64,000 nt of DNA from Planctomycetota bacterium (GCA_965223845.1 CBDCXR010000004.1:2656001-2720000); one strand, 5' to 3'. Counted from the first letter of the stretch, positions 11,881 through 22,664 are shown. The notes: generated from the sequence alone by a model not told the origin. A program made the numbers and translations.

Positions 11881-14154
11881 ATGCCCTTTTCACCGCGCAG
11901 AGTTCGAGTTTGCAGCGCGTCGCGACGCCGGAGATTCGCGCTGGCGGCGGCGGGCGTCTCCCTTCTTGCCGCCGCGGGACTCGGCCCCGCGCGCGTTCGC
12001 GCCGGCGACGTCTCGTTCTCGACCGACGTCATGGCCGCGCTCTCGAAAGCCGGCTGCAACCAGGGCGTCTGCCACGGCAACAAATCCGGCAAGGGTGGAT
12101 TCAAGCTCTCTCTCCGCGGCGAAGACCCCGCGGCCGACTATCGCGCGCTTACGCGCTCGCTCTACGGGAGAAGGACGAACCCATCGGACCCCGCCGACAG
12201 CTTGATTCTCCGTAAGGCGACCGCCTCGGTGCCGCACGAAGGCGGCCAGCGGTTCGAGCGCGACTCGGAGCTCTACCGCCTACTCGCAAGCTGGATCGGC
12301 GCCGGCTGTCCGCCGGATTCGACCGGCCGACCTCGCCTTGAAAACCTCGAGGTCTCGCCGCGCACGATCGTTCTCCGCGACGATCACCGCTCGGCGCGAA
12401 TCCGTGCGGTCGCGACGTATTCCGATGGCAGCCGGCGCGACGTCACCGGCCTCAGCGTCTTCGAACAATCGACACCGCTCGTCGACGTTTCACCCGGCGG
12501 AGAGATCGACTGTCCGCAGTCGGGCGAGACGACGATCCTCGTCCGCTACCTCGATCGTCAGATTCCGGTCCCGGTCACGATCGTCGACCCGAGTCCCGAA
12601 TTTCGGTTCACCGCCCCCGAGTCGGATCACTTCGTCGATCGCGCGGTGTTCGAGAAGCTGAGGCTCCTTCGCATCACCCCGTCCCGCGTGGCGGGCGATC
12701 GCGTCTTCATCCGCCGTCTCTACCTCGACCTCACCGGATCGCTTCCTACCGCCGCCGAAGCGCGCGAGTTTTTCGCGGATCCGCGATCGGACAAGCGGGA
12801 TCATTGGATCGATCGACTCCTCGACTCGGATGCGTTCGCCGACTTCTGGGCCCTCAAGTGGTCCGACCTCCTCCGGAACGAGGAGAAAACCCTCGACCGG
12901 AAGGGCGTTCAGGTCTTTCACCACTGGATTCGCCGCGCGATCGCCGACGGCATGCCGCTGAGTGACCTGGCTCGCGAGATCGTCCGCGCACGCGGAAGCA
13001 CCTATCACTCGCCTCCGGCCAACTACTATCGCGCGCTCCGCGATCCGGTCAGCCGCGCCGAGACGACGGCTCAGCTCTTCCTCGGCCGGCGGCTCAAGTG
13101 CGCGCAGTGCCACAATCACCCGTTCGACCGGTGGACACAGGACGACTACTACGACTGGACCAGTCTCTTCGGCGGAGTTCGCTACCGCGTCCTCGAGAAC
13201 CGTCGGCGGGACCGAAACGACAAGCACGAGTTCGCCGGTGAGCAAATCGTCTGGGTGGGCGGTGCCGGGCGAGTGCTCAACGAACGAACGGGTGAACCCG
13301 CGACGCCGCGGTTTCTCGGCGATTCGACGGGCCGCTCGGGAATCGTAGAGGAGCCACTCGAAGCCCTCGCTCGCTGGATCGCCGACCCGGAAAACCCGTA
13401 CTTCGCGAAGGCGCAGGCAAACCGGATCTGGTTTCACCTCATGGGACGCGGTCTCGTCGACCCGGTCGACGATTTCCGCGCGACCAACCCGGCGAGCCAT
13501 CCCGCGCTCCTCGACGCACTCGCGAGCGAGCTTCGCACTAGCGGTTTCGATCTCCGGCATCTCGTGCGCGTGATCGTACGGTCGAAGACCTACCAACTGA
13601 GCTCCGAGCCGACGCCGTCGAATCGAGAGGATACGATCAACTACGCGCGCGCATTGCCGCGTCGCCTCACGGCCGAGCAACTCCTCGATTCGCTTGCGCG
13701 CGCGCTCGAAGCGCCGGTCACGTTCAACGGCTATCCGCGCGGAACACTCGCCCGCGAGATCCCCGGCGTGATCGCCATTCGCCGCCGCGACCAGCGCCCG
13801 TCTCCCGGTGACGATTTTCTGCGGCAGTTCGGGAAACCGAAGCGGCTGATCTCCTGCGAGTGCGAGCGGACGACGGAGACGACGATGGGGCAAGCGTTCC
13901 AGCTCATCAGCGGTCGCCTCCTCGACGAGTTGCTCCGAAGTCCAGATGGACGAATCGCCTCGCTCGCGACGACCAGCCTCCCGATCGCGGATGCGGTCAC
14001 CGAGCTCTACTGGCGAACGCTCAGCCGAACGCCGACGGAGGAAGAGCTCGCGCGGACGCTCGAGCTCCTCGACTTCGAGGCCGATCGGCGAGCCGCGCTC
14101 GAGGATCTCGCTTGGAGTCTCGTCAACGCGAAAGAGTTTGTCCTTCGGATGTGA
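11881..14154 (+). CDS. DUF1549/DUF1553 protein with an Ig-like (Big_2-like) domain
   Basis: VSFSTDVMAALSKAGCNQGVCHG...GGFKLSL; Ig-like LEVSP...ATYSDGSRRDVT; CAQCHNHPFDRW; NPASHPALLDALA; CECER; ends KEFVLRM. Start uncertain. Confidence 0.9.
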   Translation: MPFSPRRVRVCSASRRRRFALAAAGVSLLAAAGLGPARVRAGDVSFSTDVMAALSKAGCNQGVCHGNKSGKGGFKLSLRGEDPAADYRALTRSLYGRRTNPSDPADSLILRKATASVPHEGGQRFERDSELYRLLASWIGAGCPPDSTGRPRLENLEVSPRTIVLRDDHRSARIRAVATYSDGSRRDVTGLSVFEQSTPLVDVSPGGEIDCPQSGETTILVRYLDRQIPVPVTIVDPSPEFRFTAPESDHFVDRAVFEKLRLLRITPSRVAGDRVFIRRLYLDLTGSLPTAAEAREFFADPRSDKRDHWIDRLLDSDAFADFWALKWSDLLRNEEKTLDRKGVQVFHHWIRRAIADGMPLSDLAREIVRARGSTYHSPPANYYRALRDPVSRAETTAQLFLGRRLKCAQCHNHPFDRWTQDDYYDWTSLFGGVRYRVLENRRRDRNDKHEFAGEQIVWVGGAGRVLNERTGEPATPRFLGDSTGRSGIVEEPLEALARWIADPENPYFAKAQANRIWFHLMGRGLVDPVDDFRATNPASHPALLDALASELRTSGFDLRHLVRVIVRSKTYQLSSEPTPSNREDTINYARALPRRLTAEQLLDSLARALEAPVTFNGYPRGTLAREIPGVIAIRRRDQRPSPGDDFLRQFGKPKRLISCECERTTETTMGQAFQLISGRLLDELLRSPDGRIASLATTSLPIADAVTELYWRTLSRTPTEEELARTLELLDFEADRRAALEDLAWSLVNAKEFVLRM

Positions 14155-14167
14155 GCGGTGGAGGAAC

Positions 14168-15616
14168 ATGAGCCCGAAATCACGATCACGCAGAATCGAG
14201 TGTCGCGAACGCCGCGCACGCTCCTACGCGTGCGGAGGTCTCATCCCGCGCCGGAATCTTCTTCAGGTCGGCGGCCTCGGCCTCCTCGGGCTCCAGCTTC
14301 CAAAACTCCTCCGTGCCGAGGACGAGATCAAACGGGCGAACGGCGGCGGTAGCGGACTCCCCCGGCGGGCGAAATCCGTCATCTTCCTCTTTCAGTTCGG
14401 TGGTCCGAGCCAACTCGACACTTTCGACATGAAGCCGGATGCGCCCGATGGCATCCGGGGACCGCTGAAGCCGATCGCGTCGAGCTCCCCGGACATCCAA
14501 GTCTGCGAGCTGCTTCCGCGGACGGCAAAAGTGATGGACAAGGTCACGCTGATCCGGTCGGTCCATCACGACATGAAGAACCACAACTCGGCGTCGTACT
14601 ACGCCCTCACGGGACATCGACCGCCCGTCGACGATATCCGGCTCCGAGATTCGCTCGACCTCTTCCCCGCGTACGGTGCGGTCGCGAGCAAGCTCGCGCC
14701 GGTCTCCGGGGAGATGCCGACCTTCGTCGCGTACCCTCACACAATGCGAGACGGTTCGATCACCCCGGGCCAGGGAGCCAGCTTTCTCGGAAAGGCCCAC
14801 GATCCGTTCTTCGTCGGCGAAGACCCGAATCGGCCGGACTTTAGGCTCCCCGAGCTGAGCCTCCCGGCCGGACTCACGGCCGATCGTATCGAGCGGCGGC
14901 GCGAGCTCCAGCGCATCATCGACGCGCAGTCGCGCGTCCTCGAGCACTCCGCCGAGGCGCGCGGCCTCGACGAATACTACAAGCGTGCGCTCGCGATGCT
15001 CACGTCGTCGCGCGTGCGGAAGGCCTTCGACCTCTCGAGTGAAGACGACAAGCTGCGCGACCGCTACGGTCGCCACACCTACGGCCAGAGCTGTCTCCTC
15101 GCGCGCCGGCTCGTCGAAGCGGGTGTCCGCTTCGTCAACGTGTATTTCTCGCGGAACATCGGCGGTCAGAGCACGACCTCAGGTGGCTGGGACACGCACG
15201 GGTTCAACAACACACGCATGTATCCGATCGTTCGGAAGTATCACATGCCGCTCACGGATGAGGTGCTACCGACTTTCCTCGAAGACCTCGACGAGCGCGG
15301 TCTTCTCGACGAGACGCTCGTCGTCTGGATGGGGGAGTTCGGCCGCACTCCGAAGATCAACGGCAACTCGAGCCGCGATCACTGGCCCGCGTGCTACACC
15401 GTTCTGCTCGCGGGCGGTGGACTGAAGCGAGGGTTCGTCTACGGAGCCTCCGATCGAAACGCGGCGCTGCCTCTTCGTGATCCAGTCCGCCCGGACGATC
15501 TCGCGGCGACGATGTTTTATCTGCTCGGAATCGACCCAAAAACCGAGATCCACGACACACAAGACCGCCCTCTTCTGATCGCCGAAGGCGATCCCGTGCT
15601 GGATTTGCTGGCGTGA
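14168..15616 (+). CDS. DUF1501 family protein (Tat-like signal)
   Basis: RRNLLQVG, AKSVIFLFQFGGPSQLDTFDMKP, GWDTH, GEFGRTP, SRDHW. GGAGGA RBS before ATG 14168. Confidence 0.92.
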   Translation: MSPKSRSRRIECRERRARSYACGGLIPRRNLLQVGGLGLLGLQLPKLLRAEDEIKRANGGGSGLPRRAKSVIFLFQFGGPSQLDTFDMKPDAPDGIRGPLKPIASSSPDIQVCELLPRTAKVMDKVTLIRSVHHDMKNHNSASYYALTGHRPPVDDIRLRDSLDLFPAYGAVASKLAPVSGEMPTFVAYPHTMRDGSITPGQGASFLGKAHDPFFVGEDPNRPDFRLPELSLPAGLTADRIERRRELQRIIDAQSRVLEHSAEARGLDEYYKRALAMLTSSRVRKAFDLSSEDDKLRDRYGRHTYGQSCLLARRLVEAGVRFVNVYFSRNIGGQSTTSGGWDTHGFNNTRMYPIVRKYHMPLTDEVLPTFLEDLDERGLLDETLVVWMGEFGRTPKINGNSSRDHWPACYTVLLAGGGLKRGFVYGASDRNAALPLRDPVRPDDLAATMFYLLGIDPKTEIHDTQDRPLLIAEGDPVLDLLA

Positions 15617-15715
15617 CGCGCGATCGACGCTCGGCGAAAACGCTTACTAAGAGCATTGTCTGCACGAGCTCCTCGCCGTGCTTCCTTGACACCAGAATGA
15701 TGTACGAGACGCGCG

Positions 15716-17443
15716 ATGCGTGACGTGCGGGCGAGATCCAAACCGTCGATCGAGCGCATCCTGTCAGGCCTGGATCGTGACTGGTTCCTAGGTGTCGGCG
15801 TCACGTTCCTCGGAGTGATCGTGATGTGCTCTCCGCCACGAGCGGCCGAGGCGCCCGAAGTCGAGCTCTGCGAGGCGGTCTCCGTCCAGCCGGGCATCGC
15901 GAGTGAGCTCGTCCTCCGCGGATCCACACTCGAAGAAGTCACCGCGGTTTGGTCGAGCTTTTCCGCCGCGATCGAGTGGACGCCGGCGGGGACGCCCGAA
16001 TCACCCGCGCTCGCGCTTCGCGTCCGCGCTCCGGCTTCGACAGCGGTGGGAGTCGGCGGTCTTCGCATCGCGACCCGCGCAGGAGCGTCGAGGATCATCC
16101 CCGTATTCCTCGACGACCTGTCGACCGCGAGCGCACCTTTCGCACCGGCTATCGACGCGGCGCGGACGATCTCACGAGGCTCAGCCTACAGCGGAGTCAT
16201 CGACTCACCACGCGGTGTGTTCGCTCGATTCCGCGCTCGCCGGGGCGAGCGCTGGACATTCGAGATCGTCGCCGCGCGTCTCGGATCACCGCTCGACCCG
16301 CTCCTTCGAGTGCTCACTCCCGACGGCCGCGAGCTAGCGTTCCGAGACGACGACCCGGGAACCGCGCCCGACGCCCGACTCGCGTGGACGCCCGCTGAGA
16401 GCGGCGAGTACATCCTCGAGATCCGCGACGCGACTTTCGCGGCCGACGCGTGTGCGTACTTTCGTCTCCGCTGCGGAGACTTCCCGCTCGCGACGAGTGT
16501 GTATCCCCTCGGCGCGCGACCTGGTGACGCGACGACCCTTCGCGTCGTCGGCGAATCGGGAGTCGACGCGCCCGCGATCGAAATCACGGTTCCCCGGGAC
16601 GCGAGCGGCCACCTGCCGCTCGCGGTCTCGCGCGCGGACGGACTGGGATCGAGTGCCGTAGAGGTCTGGATCGACGAGCTCGAGGAGCTCACCGAGCGCG
16701 AACCAAACGATCTCCCCGCAGCGGCGAACAAGACGGGCTTTCCCGCCGCGTTGAACGGTCGCCTCTCAGAACGCGGTGATCGCGACTACTTCTCGTTCAC
16801 CGTCGATCGACCAACCGCTCTCGCGTTCCGCGTGTCCACACGAAGCCTCGGAGTGCCGACGGACGTCGCCCTCGCCCTCCTCGACGCGGCTGGGGACGTA
16901 CTCGCTCGAGCCGTTCCGGTCGCCGACGACGACGGCACGCTCCGCCACGAATTCGCCGAGCCGGGAACGTATCTACTCCTCGTCCGTCAGCTCAACCGCG
17001 AAGGCGGACCGGGACACGCTTACCGAGTGGCGATCGATACGGATTCGCCGCGCTTCAAGCTGACGGCGCCGCGCGATCGCGCGGCCGCTCAACCCGGCGA
17101 GATCGTCGAGTTCGAGATCGCCTGCGATCGCTCCGCCGGGCGCACGAGCTCGATCACCCTCGCAGTCGAAGACGGCGAGCCGGCGGGATGGGAAATCGTC
17201 GCGGCGAGCATCGCCGAGAAGAAGGAAACCGGTGCGTTCAAGATGCGTCTGCCGGCGGACGCAGCCCCGGGGAGCCTCTACACGTTTCGCCTCAGCGGAA
17301 CGCCGGACTCAGTCGAAGGATCGCGTCCATCGTCCGTCTCCACTCGACCGGCACTGCGAAAACGATTCCCTCGCGTCCTCCGGCCCACGCCGGCGCTCGA
17401 CGGAATCTTCAGCGTCAGCGTCATCGGAGATGCGGGAATCTAG
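15716..17443 (+). CDS. PPC (pre-peptidase C-terminal) domain protein of the type associated with DUF1501/DUF1549 clusters
   Basis: AARLGSPLDPLLRV...DD...DARL...GEYILEIRD and EREPND...NGRL...GDRDYFSF repeats. No catalytic subtilase motifs seen. Start uncertain. Confidence 0.75.
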   Translation: MRDVRARSKPSIERILSGLDRDWFLGVGVTFLGVIVMCSPPRAAEAPEVELCEAVSVQPGIASELVLRGSTLEEVTAVWSSFSAAIEWTPAGTPESPALALRVRAPASTAVGVGGLRIATRAGASRIIPVFLDDLSTASAPFAPAIDAARTISRGSAYSGVIDSPRGVFARFRARRGERWTFEIVAARLGSPLDPLLRVLTPDGRELAFRDDDPGTAPDARLAWTPAESGEYILEIRDATFAADACAYFRLRCGDFPLATSVYPLGARPGDATTLRVVGESGVDAPAIEITVPRDASGHLPLAVSRADGLGSSAVEVWIDELEELTEREPNDLPAAANKTGFPAALNGRLSERGDRDYFSFTVDRPTALAFRVSTRSLGVPTDVALALLDAAGDVLARAVPVADDDGTLRHEFAEPGTYLLLVRQLNREGGPGHAYRVAIDTDSPRFKLTAPRDRAAAQPGEIVEFEIACDRSAGRTSSITLAVEDGEPAGWEIVAASIAEKKETGAFKMRLPADAAPGSLYTFRLSGTPDSVEGSRPSSVSTRPALRKRFPRVLRPTPALDGIFSVSVIGDAGI

Positions 17444-17626
17444 AGGGGCGAATCGCTTGCAGGCGAGGCGATCCGCGCGCGCAAATCTGGTGCCCGATCC
17501 TCGGGGAGAGCAGCGGCAGACGGGAATCCACGCCTGGGGCGCTATCCTACTCGCCGCCCCACCCGTACAATCGGTCGGATGTACGGCCACGACGACCGAT
17601 TCCTCCCCCCTGCTGTGAGTCTCCCC

Positions 17627-18778
17627 ATGCACCGTCTTTCGACCCTTCTCGTTGTCCTACTCAGCACCGGCGCGACCACCGGATTCGCCGCGGAGGAGGC
17701 CGAGTGGAGCCGAGAGGCCGCGCTCGCCGAGATCGAAGAGCTCGTCAGCTCGCCCACCCAGCCCGGGAGCTCGCGGGAAAAGCGCGACAAGATCGCCGCG
17801 TGGCTGAAGCGAATCGAAACGACGAAGCTCGATCTCGGTGAGTCGTCCTTCGTCCGGGCGATCGCGCAGTTCTACATCAATCAAGCGCGAGCGGCGCAGG
17901 CGACGCTCCTCGGGTACCTCGAGACGCACTCCGAGTTCCCGCGCGGCCCCCACGATCGCTACCTCGGCCGCATTCTTCTCGGCATGACGAGCACTGCCGT
18001 CAGCCGGCGCGAGTTCGATAAGCTCGAGCTTCTCCTCCCACACGCCCTCGCGTTTCAGCGCGATCGGAAGCTCTTTTACCAGCGAGTCGGCGCGTCGCTC
18101 CGTCAGGCGGCGTCTCCCTCGAGCTTCAAGATCCTGAACGATCTCCTCCGCCGCCTTCTCGACGAGAAAGAGATCGACGACGTCGAGATTCAGAAGACGA
18201 TCAGCCTCATCTATGGGAAGTCGTTCAGCCTCGGCGGGGGCTTGACGGCGCGCGGCACGTTTCGCGGTCCGAAGCCCCTCCGTCCCTTCCGCGAAAAGGA
18301 TCTCGACGGGAAGGTGATCGATCTCGCCGACTATCGCGGCAAGGTCGTCCTCGTCGACTTTTGGGCGACGTGGTGTGGACCCTGTATTCGGGAAGTCCCG
18401 AACGTCGTCAAAACCTACGAGGACCTTCGCGATCAGGGATTCGAGGTGATCGGAATCTCACTCGACCGGCGCGGCGAGGAAGAGCGGCTCCGCTCGACCG
18501 CGGAACGCCTCGAAATGACCTGGCCGCAGATCTACGACGGTGGCGGCTGGCGGTCGAAGCTCGCGGTCCAAAACGGGATTCGGAGCATCCCCGCGACCTA
18601 CCTCGTCGATCGAGCGGGTCGAGTGCGCTACACGTCCCTCCGCGGTCCAGCGCTCGCCGAAAAGGTGAAGGAGCTTCTCGCCGAGGCGCCGCCGGAAGAC
18701 ACTCAAGAGAAGGCAGCGTCCGAAAGCGCGACGGACGAGGCGAAGCCCCAGGCTTCCGCCGGCGGGACGAGCTCATAG
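17627..18778 (+). CDS. TlpA-family thioredoxin-like disulfide reductase with N-terminal helical domain, secreted
   Basis: GKVVLVDFWATWCGPC, IGISLD, IPATYLVD cis-Pro loop. Signal peptide. Confidence 0.88.
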   Translation: MHRLSTLLVVLLSTGATTGFAAEEAEWSREAALAEIEELVSSPTQPGSSREKRDKIAAWLKRIETTKLDLGESSFVRAIAQFYINQARAAQATLLGYLETHSEFPRGPHDRYLGRILLGMTSTAVSRREFDKLELLLPHALAFQRDRKLFYQRVGASLRQAASPSSFKILNDLLRRLLDEKEIDDVEIQKTISLIYGKSFSLGGGLTARGTFRGPKPLRPFREKDLDGKVIDLADYRGKVVLVDFWATWCGPCIREVPNVVKTYEDLRDQGFEVIGISLDRRGEEERLRSTAERLEMTWPQIYDGGGWRSKLAVQNGIRSIPATYLVDRAGRVRYTSLRGPALAEKVKELLAEAPPEDTQEKAASESATDEAKPQASAGGTSS

Positions 18779-18847
18779 TTCATGGATCGCGCCGGTGCGA
18801 GGCTTGAGCTCGGGGCCGTGACCTCGGGCTTCGATGCTGCGAGCTAG

Positions 18848-20863
18848 TTAGTCTTCACGATTCGACAACCGCTCCGCGACGACCTCGGCGACGTCGAGGA
18901 CATCGACCTCGCTCTCGCCCGCTTTCGCCGCGTCCCGAAGCATCGTCATACAGAAGGGACAAGAGACGGCGACGGCATCGGGCTGAGTCGCTGCAAGCTG
19001 CCGCCAGCGCTCCTCGTTCACGCGCGTCCCCTCTTCTTCGAGGAACATCCGGCCCCCGCCCGCACCGCAGCAGAAGCCGCGTTCGCGCGTCTCCGCCGGC
19101 TCGACGACGTTCGCCCCGGTCGCGGCGAGCGCGGAACGAGGCGCCTCGTACTCGCCGCCGTGTCGACCCAGGTAGCAGGCGTCGTGATACGCGATGCGCC
19201 TCTCCTCCGTTGCGAGATCGAGACTGCCGTCCGCGATCTTCGCCGCGATCCACTGCGAGTGATGGAGGATCTCGCACTCCCGGTCGAGTGAGGGGTACTC
19301 ATTCTTCAGCGAGTGCATGCAGTGAGGACAGGTCGTGAGAACGCGTCGCACGCTCGACCGGGCGAGGAGCTCGGCGTTGTGAGCGGCGACCTCGAGAAAC
19401 GTGAACTCGTCGCCCAGCCGCCGGGCGGGATCTCCCGTGCACCGCTCGCTCTTCCCGAGCACGGCGAATCGAACCCCCGTGTGACGAAGGAGAGTGACGA
19501 CCGCCCGCGTGACCTTTTGACGGCGCCGATCGAAGCTTCCCGCGCATCCGACCCAGAGGAGAAGCTCCGGCTCGGGCTCCTCTTCGAGCGTGGGGACGTC
19601 GAGCCCTTCCGCCCAGTCGAATCGCTCGCTCGCCGGGAGACCCCACGGATTCCCGGACGCTGAGATCGACCGGAGTGCGGCCTGCGCCCCGCCGCGCACT
19701 TCGCCCTCACCGACGAGAAAACGGCGCATCTCGCCGATCGCACCGAGGGGGTCGATCAGTACGGGACACTCCGCGACGCAAGCAGCGCAATTCGTGCAGG
19801 CCCAGAGCGCCGCGGCGGGGACGACACCGTCGTGGAGGGAGGGCGCTTCGTTCGCGCCGGCCGGGACGCTACGCGCGGCGGCGGCGACGTCGAGGACGAT
19901 GCGCATCGGGGAGAGCGGCTTTCCCGTCGCGTGGGCGGGACAGGCGTTCTGGCAGCGCGCGCATTCGGTGCACGCCTGAAAGCTACGCCGCTCTTCGGGC
20001 GAGAAGTCGCGCGCCGAGCGGGCGCCGTACGTTCCCGACTCCTCGACTTCCTCGAGCGAGACGGCAGAGAGCCGATGGGGAAGGCGCCGATCGGCCGTCG
20101 CGACGTGAAACGGAGCGACGAGCAAATGGCGCAACTTCGAGTAGGGAAGAATCGCGATGAACGCCATCGAAAGGACCATGTGGACGTTCCAAATCGCGAG
20201 ATGGAATCCGGCGATGACGCTGGGATCCCAGGCGCTCACGCCGCGTGCGATCGACCAGCCGACGAAGGACCAGGACTCGAACGGAACGGCGTCGATTCCG
20301 CCGCGAGCACCGGCGATCCGGAGACCTTCCGTCGCAAAGCCGGTAACTCCGATCACCAGAAAGAGAGCGATCAAAGCCTGATCGATCGGTCGACTGAGCG
20401 GCCGCGCGTCGCGGGGACCGAATCGGCGAAAGAGCGCGATCAGAAGACCGACGAGAAAGGCGATTCCGAAGACTTCGAGAAGCGCGGAAACGACGAGATA
20501 GAAGTCTCCGTAGAAGAAGAGTGGCCTCGCGCCGGCGATGGCACTCCCGTAGTCTTCGATGGCGACGATACACGTTCCGATGAAGAGGACGACAAACCCC
20601 CAGACGACGAGCGCGTGCGACGCCCCGGCAATCGGCCGGCGCCAAACGTCCGACTGAAGGATGGCCCGCCGAAAAACGTTCGCGAGGACCTTTCGCAGCG
20701 GGGGCGACGGCATCGAGCGTTCGCCCTTCCTCCAGGAACGCACAACCGGGAGCATGCCTCGGACGAAGACCGCGAGCGCCGCCGCGAAGAGGATGTACAT
20801 GAGCCAGCGCGACCACGCCGGCACATTCCAAAAGATCTCTCGCGTGATGTCTTTCGGATCCAC
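18848..20863 (-). CDS. Membrane Fe-S oxidoreductase (cytochrome b-like TM domain + 2x[4Fe-4S] + 2 CCG domains; FadF/EtfD/EMO-like)
   Basis: About 5 TM helices with His residues, CTECARCQNACP, CTNCAACVAECP, WVGC, CTGD, TCPHC, YHDACYLGR, CCGAGGG, SCPFC. Confidence 0.88.
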   Translation of the reverse strand: MDPKDITREIFWNVPAWSRWLMYILFAAALAVFVRGMLPVVRSWRKGERSMPSPPLRKVLANVFRRAILQSDVWRRPIAGASHALVVWGFVVLFIGTCIVAIEDYGSAIAGARPLFFYGDFYLVVSALLEVFGIAFLVGLLIALFRRFGPRDARPLSRPIDQALIALFLVIGVTGFATEGLRIAGARGGIDAVPFESWSFVGWSIARGVSAWDPSVIAGFHLAIWNVHMVLSMAFIAILPYSKLRHLLVAPFHVATADRRLPHRLSAVSLEEVEESGTYGARSARDFSPEERRSFQACTECARCQNACPAHATGKPLSPMRIVLDVAAAARSVPAGANEAPSLHDGVVPAAALWACTNCAACVAECPVLIDPLGAIGEMRRFLVGEGEVRGGAQAALRSISASGNPWGLPASERFDWAEGLDVPTLEEEPEPELLLWVGCAGSFDRRRQKVTRAVVTLLRHTGVRFAVLGKSERCTGDPARRLGDEFTFLEVAAHNAELLARSSVRRVLTTCPHCMHSLKNEYPSLDRECEILHHSQWIAAKIADGSLDLATEERRIAYHDACYLGRHGGEYEAPRSALAATGANVVEPAETRERGFCCGAGGGRMFLEEEGTRVNEERWRQLAATQPDAVAVSCPFCMTMLRDAAKAGESEVDVLDVAEVVAERLSNRED

Positions 20864-20871
20864 GAAACTCG

Positions 20872-21918
20872 CTACTCAGAGCGCTCGCCGAGCTCTTCGA
20901 CGAGCTCGGGGAGGACGTCGAAGAGGTCCCCCACGAGACCGATGTCAGCGATGTCGAAGATCGGCGCCTCCGGGTCCTTATTGATCGCGACGATCGTCTT
21001 CGCGCCGCGCATGCCGGCGAGATGTTGAATCGCGCCCGACAGTCCAACGGCGAAGTAGACATCCGGAGCGACGATCTTTCCAGTTTGGCCAACTTGAAGA
21101 TCGTTTGGCAGCCAACCGGCATCGACGACCGCACGCGTCGCTCCGAGCGCGCCGCCGAACGCATCCGCGAGTTGCTCGCAGAGGGGGATGCCCTCATCGG
21201 GACCTCGAGTGCCGCGTCCGGCGGAGACGACGACGGATGCCTCTTGCAGGTCGGGGCGAGTCGCGTCCTCCCGCGTTCGACCGATGAGACGCTTCCCCGG
21301 ATGCGCGAGCTCACCCGGAAGCGAGAGCTCGCGGACGTCTCGCGGCCCGGCGTCGAGGTCGACCTCGGGGAAGGACGAAGCGCGCCCGGTCACGAGAATG
21401 GTCGGCGCCGTCAGCTCGGTCTCCGCGATCAAGTTTCCGCAGTAGACCGAACGGGCGAAGCGCACGGAATCGACGCCCGCGTCCTCGATTCCGACGACGT
21501 CGCTCGCGAGCGGAAGGTCGAGGCGACCGGCGAGACGAGGAAAGAGCTCGCGCGTCGCGGAGGTCGTCACCGCGACGATCGCGCGATAGGCCGTCGCGGG
21601 AATCTCGCTGTCGCTCTCGCCTGACGAGCTCGTGAATAGAGCCTCCAGCGCGCGCTGTCCGGCCTCCGCCGTCCAGGGATCGAGACCGGGGTGCTCAGCG
21701 ACGAAGACCGATCGTACCGACGAACATGCGAGACCCGCGCCGAGCGCGGCCGCGCCGGGGCCGATCGCGAGGACGTCTACGGCGCCGTCCCCGAGCTGCT
21801 CCGCGATCGTTCGCGCGAACCCGAGCGCGATTCGTTTGCGCTTCCCCGGCGGCTTCGCGCCCGAGGAGAGAACGACCGCGAGAACGTCGCGCGTGGCGTC
21901 TCTCTCAGCTTCCGTCAT
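20872..21918 (-). CDS. etfA: Electron transfer flavoprotein subunit alpha
   Basis: VVSAGRG, GATRAVVDAGW, QVGQTGK, GLSGAIQHLAGM, AINKDPEAPIF. ATGA overlap with the etfB stop. Confidence 0.95.
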   Translation of the reverse strand: MTEAERDATRDVLAVVLSSGAKPPGKRKRIALGFARTIAEQLGDGAVDVLAIGPGAAALGAGLACSSVRSVFVAEHPGLDPWTAEAGQRALEALFTSSSGESDSEIPATAYRAIVAVTTSATRELFPRLAGRLDLPLASDVVGIEDAGVDSVRFARSVYCGNLIAETELTAPTILVTGRASSFPEVDLDAGPRDVRELSLPGELAHPGKRLIGRTREDATRPDLQEASVVVSAGRGTRGPDEGIPLCEQLADAFGGALGATRAVVDAGWLPNDLQVGQTGKIVAPDVYFAVGLSGAIQHLAGMRGAKTIVAINKDPEAPIFDIADIGLVGDLFDVLPELVEELGERSE

Positions 21919-22664
21919 CGCCTCGTCTCCAGTTCGGCGAGAAGAGCTGCGACCGAATCGACGACGACGCCTTTCGGCCGGGGTGGGAGTCCGCGGTATC
22001 CCGTCACGCGGACGCGACGCGTGCCGACATCGCCGCAATCGGCGAGCGAAACGACTTCGCGCGGTTTCCTCTTCGCCTTCATGATCCCGGGAAGCGACGC
22101 GTACCGGGGCTCGTTGAGACGCAGATCCGCAGTCACGAGCGCGGGGAGATCGAGCTCGACCTCCTCGAGCCCGTCGTCGACTTCACACGTCACGCGTGCC
22201 GTCGCCCCGTCCGGCGCCAGCTTTACGGACGATGCTTGACTCGCCTGCGGCCAATCGAGGAGGGCAGCGAGGAGCGACGGAACAACACCGCTCTCGTCGT
22301 CTACGGCGAGCTTTCCCGCGAGAACGAGGCTCGGCTGCTCGCGCTCGACGACCGCCTTCAGCGCCTTTGCGATCTGCGCGTGATCGAGCGGCTCCGTCGA
22401 GCCCGGTTCGACCCGAAGCGCCCGATCGGCTCCCATCGCGAGAGCGGCCGTCACCTGCTCCTCGGCCGCTTCAGGACCTACGGTCACGACGACGATCTCG
22501 ACTTCTGCCCCCGCCTCGCGGAGCCGAATCGCCTCCTCGACCGCCAGCTCGTCGAACGGATTGATCTCGAACGGGACCTCGTCGAGCTCGGGACGTCCGT
22601 CCGGATCGATCCGAATCTTCTGGTCGCGCTGCGGTGTGCGCGCGAGAGTCACGAGGATCTTCAT
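21915..22664 (-). CDS. etfB: Electron transfer flavoprotein subunit beta
   Basis: MKILV, INPFDELAVEEA, ALAMGADRA, LAGKLAVDD, NEPRYASLPGIMKAK. Confidence 0.95.
   Translation of the reverse strand: MKILVTLARTPQRDQKIRIDPDGRPELDEVPFEINPFDELAVEEAIRLREAGAEVEIVVVTVGPEAAEEQVTAALAMGADRALRVEPGSTEPLDHAQIAKALKAVVEREQPSLVLAGKLAVDDESGVVPSLLAALLDWPQASQASSVKLAPDGATARVTCEVDDGLEEVELDLPALVTADLRLNEPRYASLPGIMKAKRKPREVVSLADCGDVGTRRVRVTGYRGLPPRPKGVVVDSVAALLAELETRR

Noticed and set aside
15686-15691. Perfect TTGACA upstream of the PPC-domain gene
   Set aside because: No acceptable -10 hexamer at 16-18 nt spacing.
15716-17443. Calling the PPC-domain protein a subtilase protease
   Set aside because: No subtilase catalytic motifs (DTG, HGT, GTSMA) are present.
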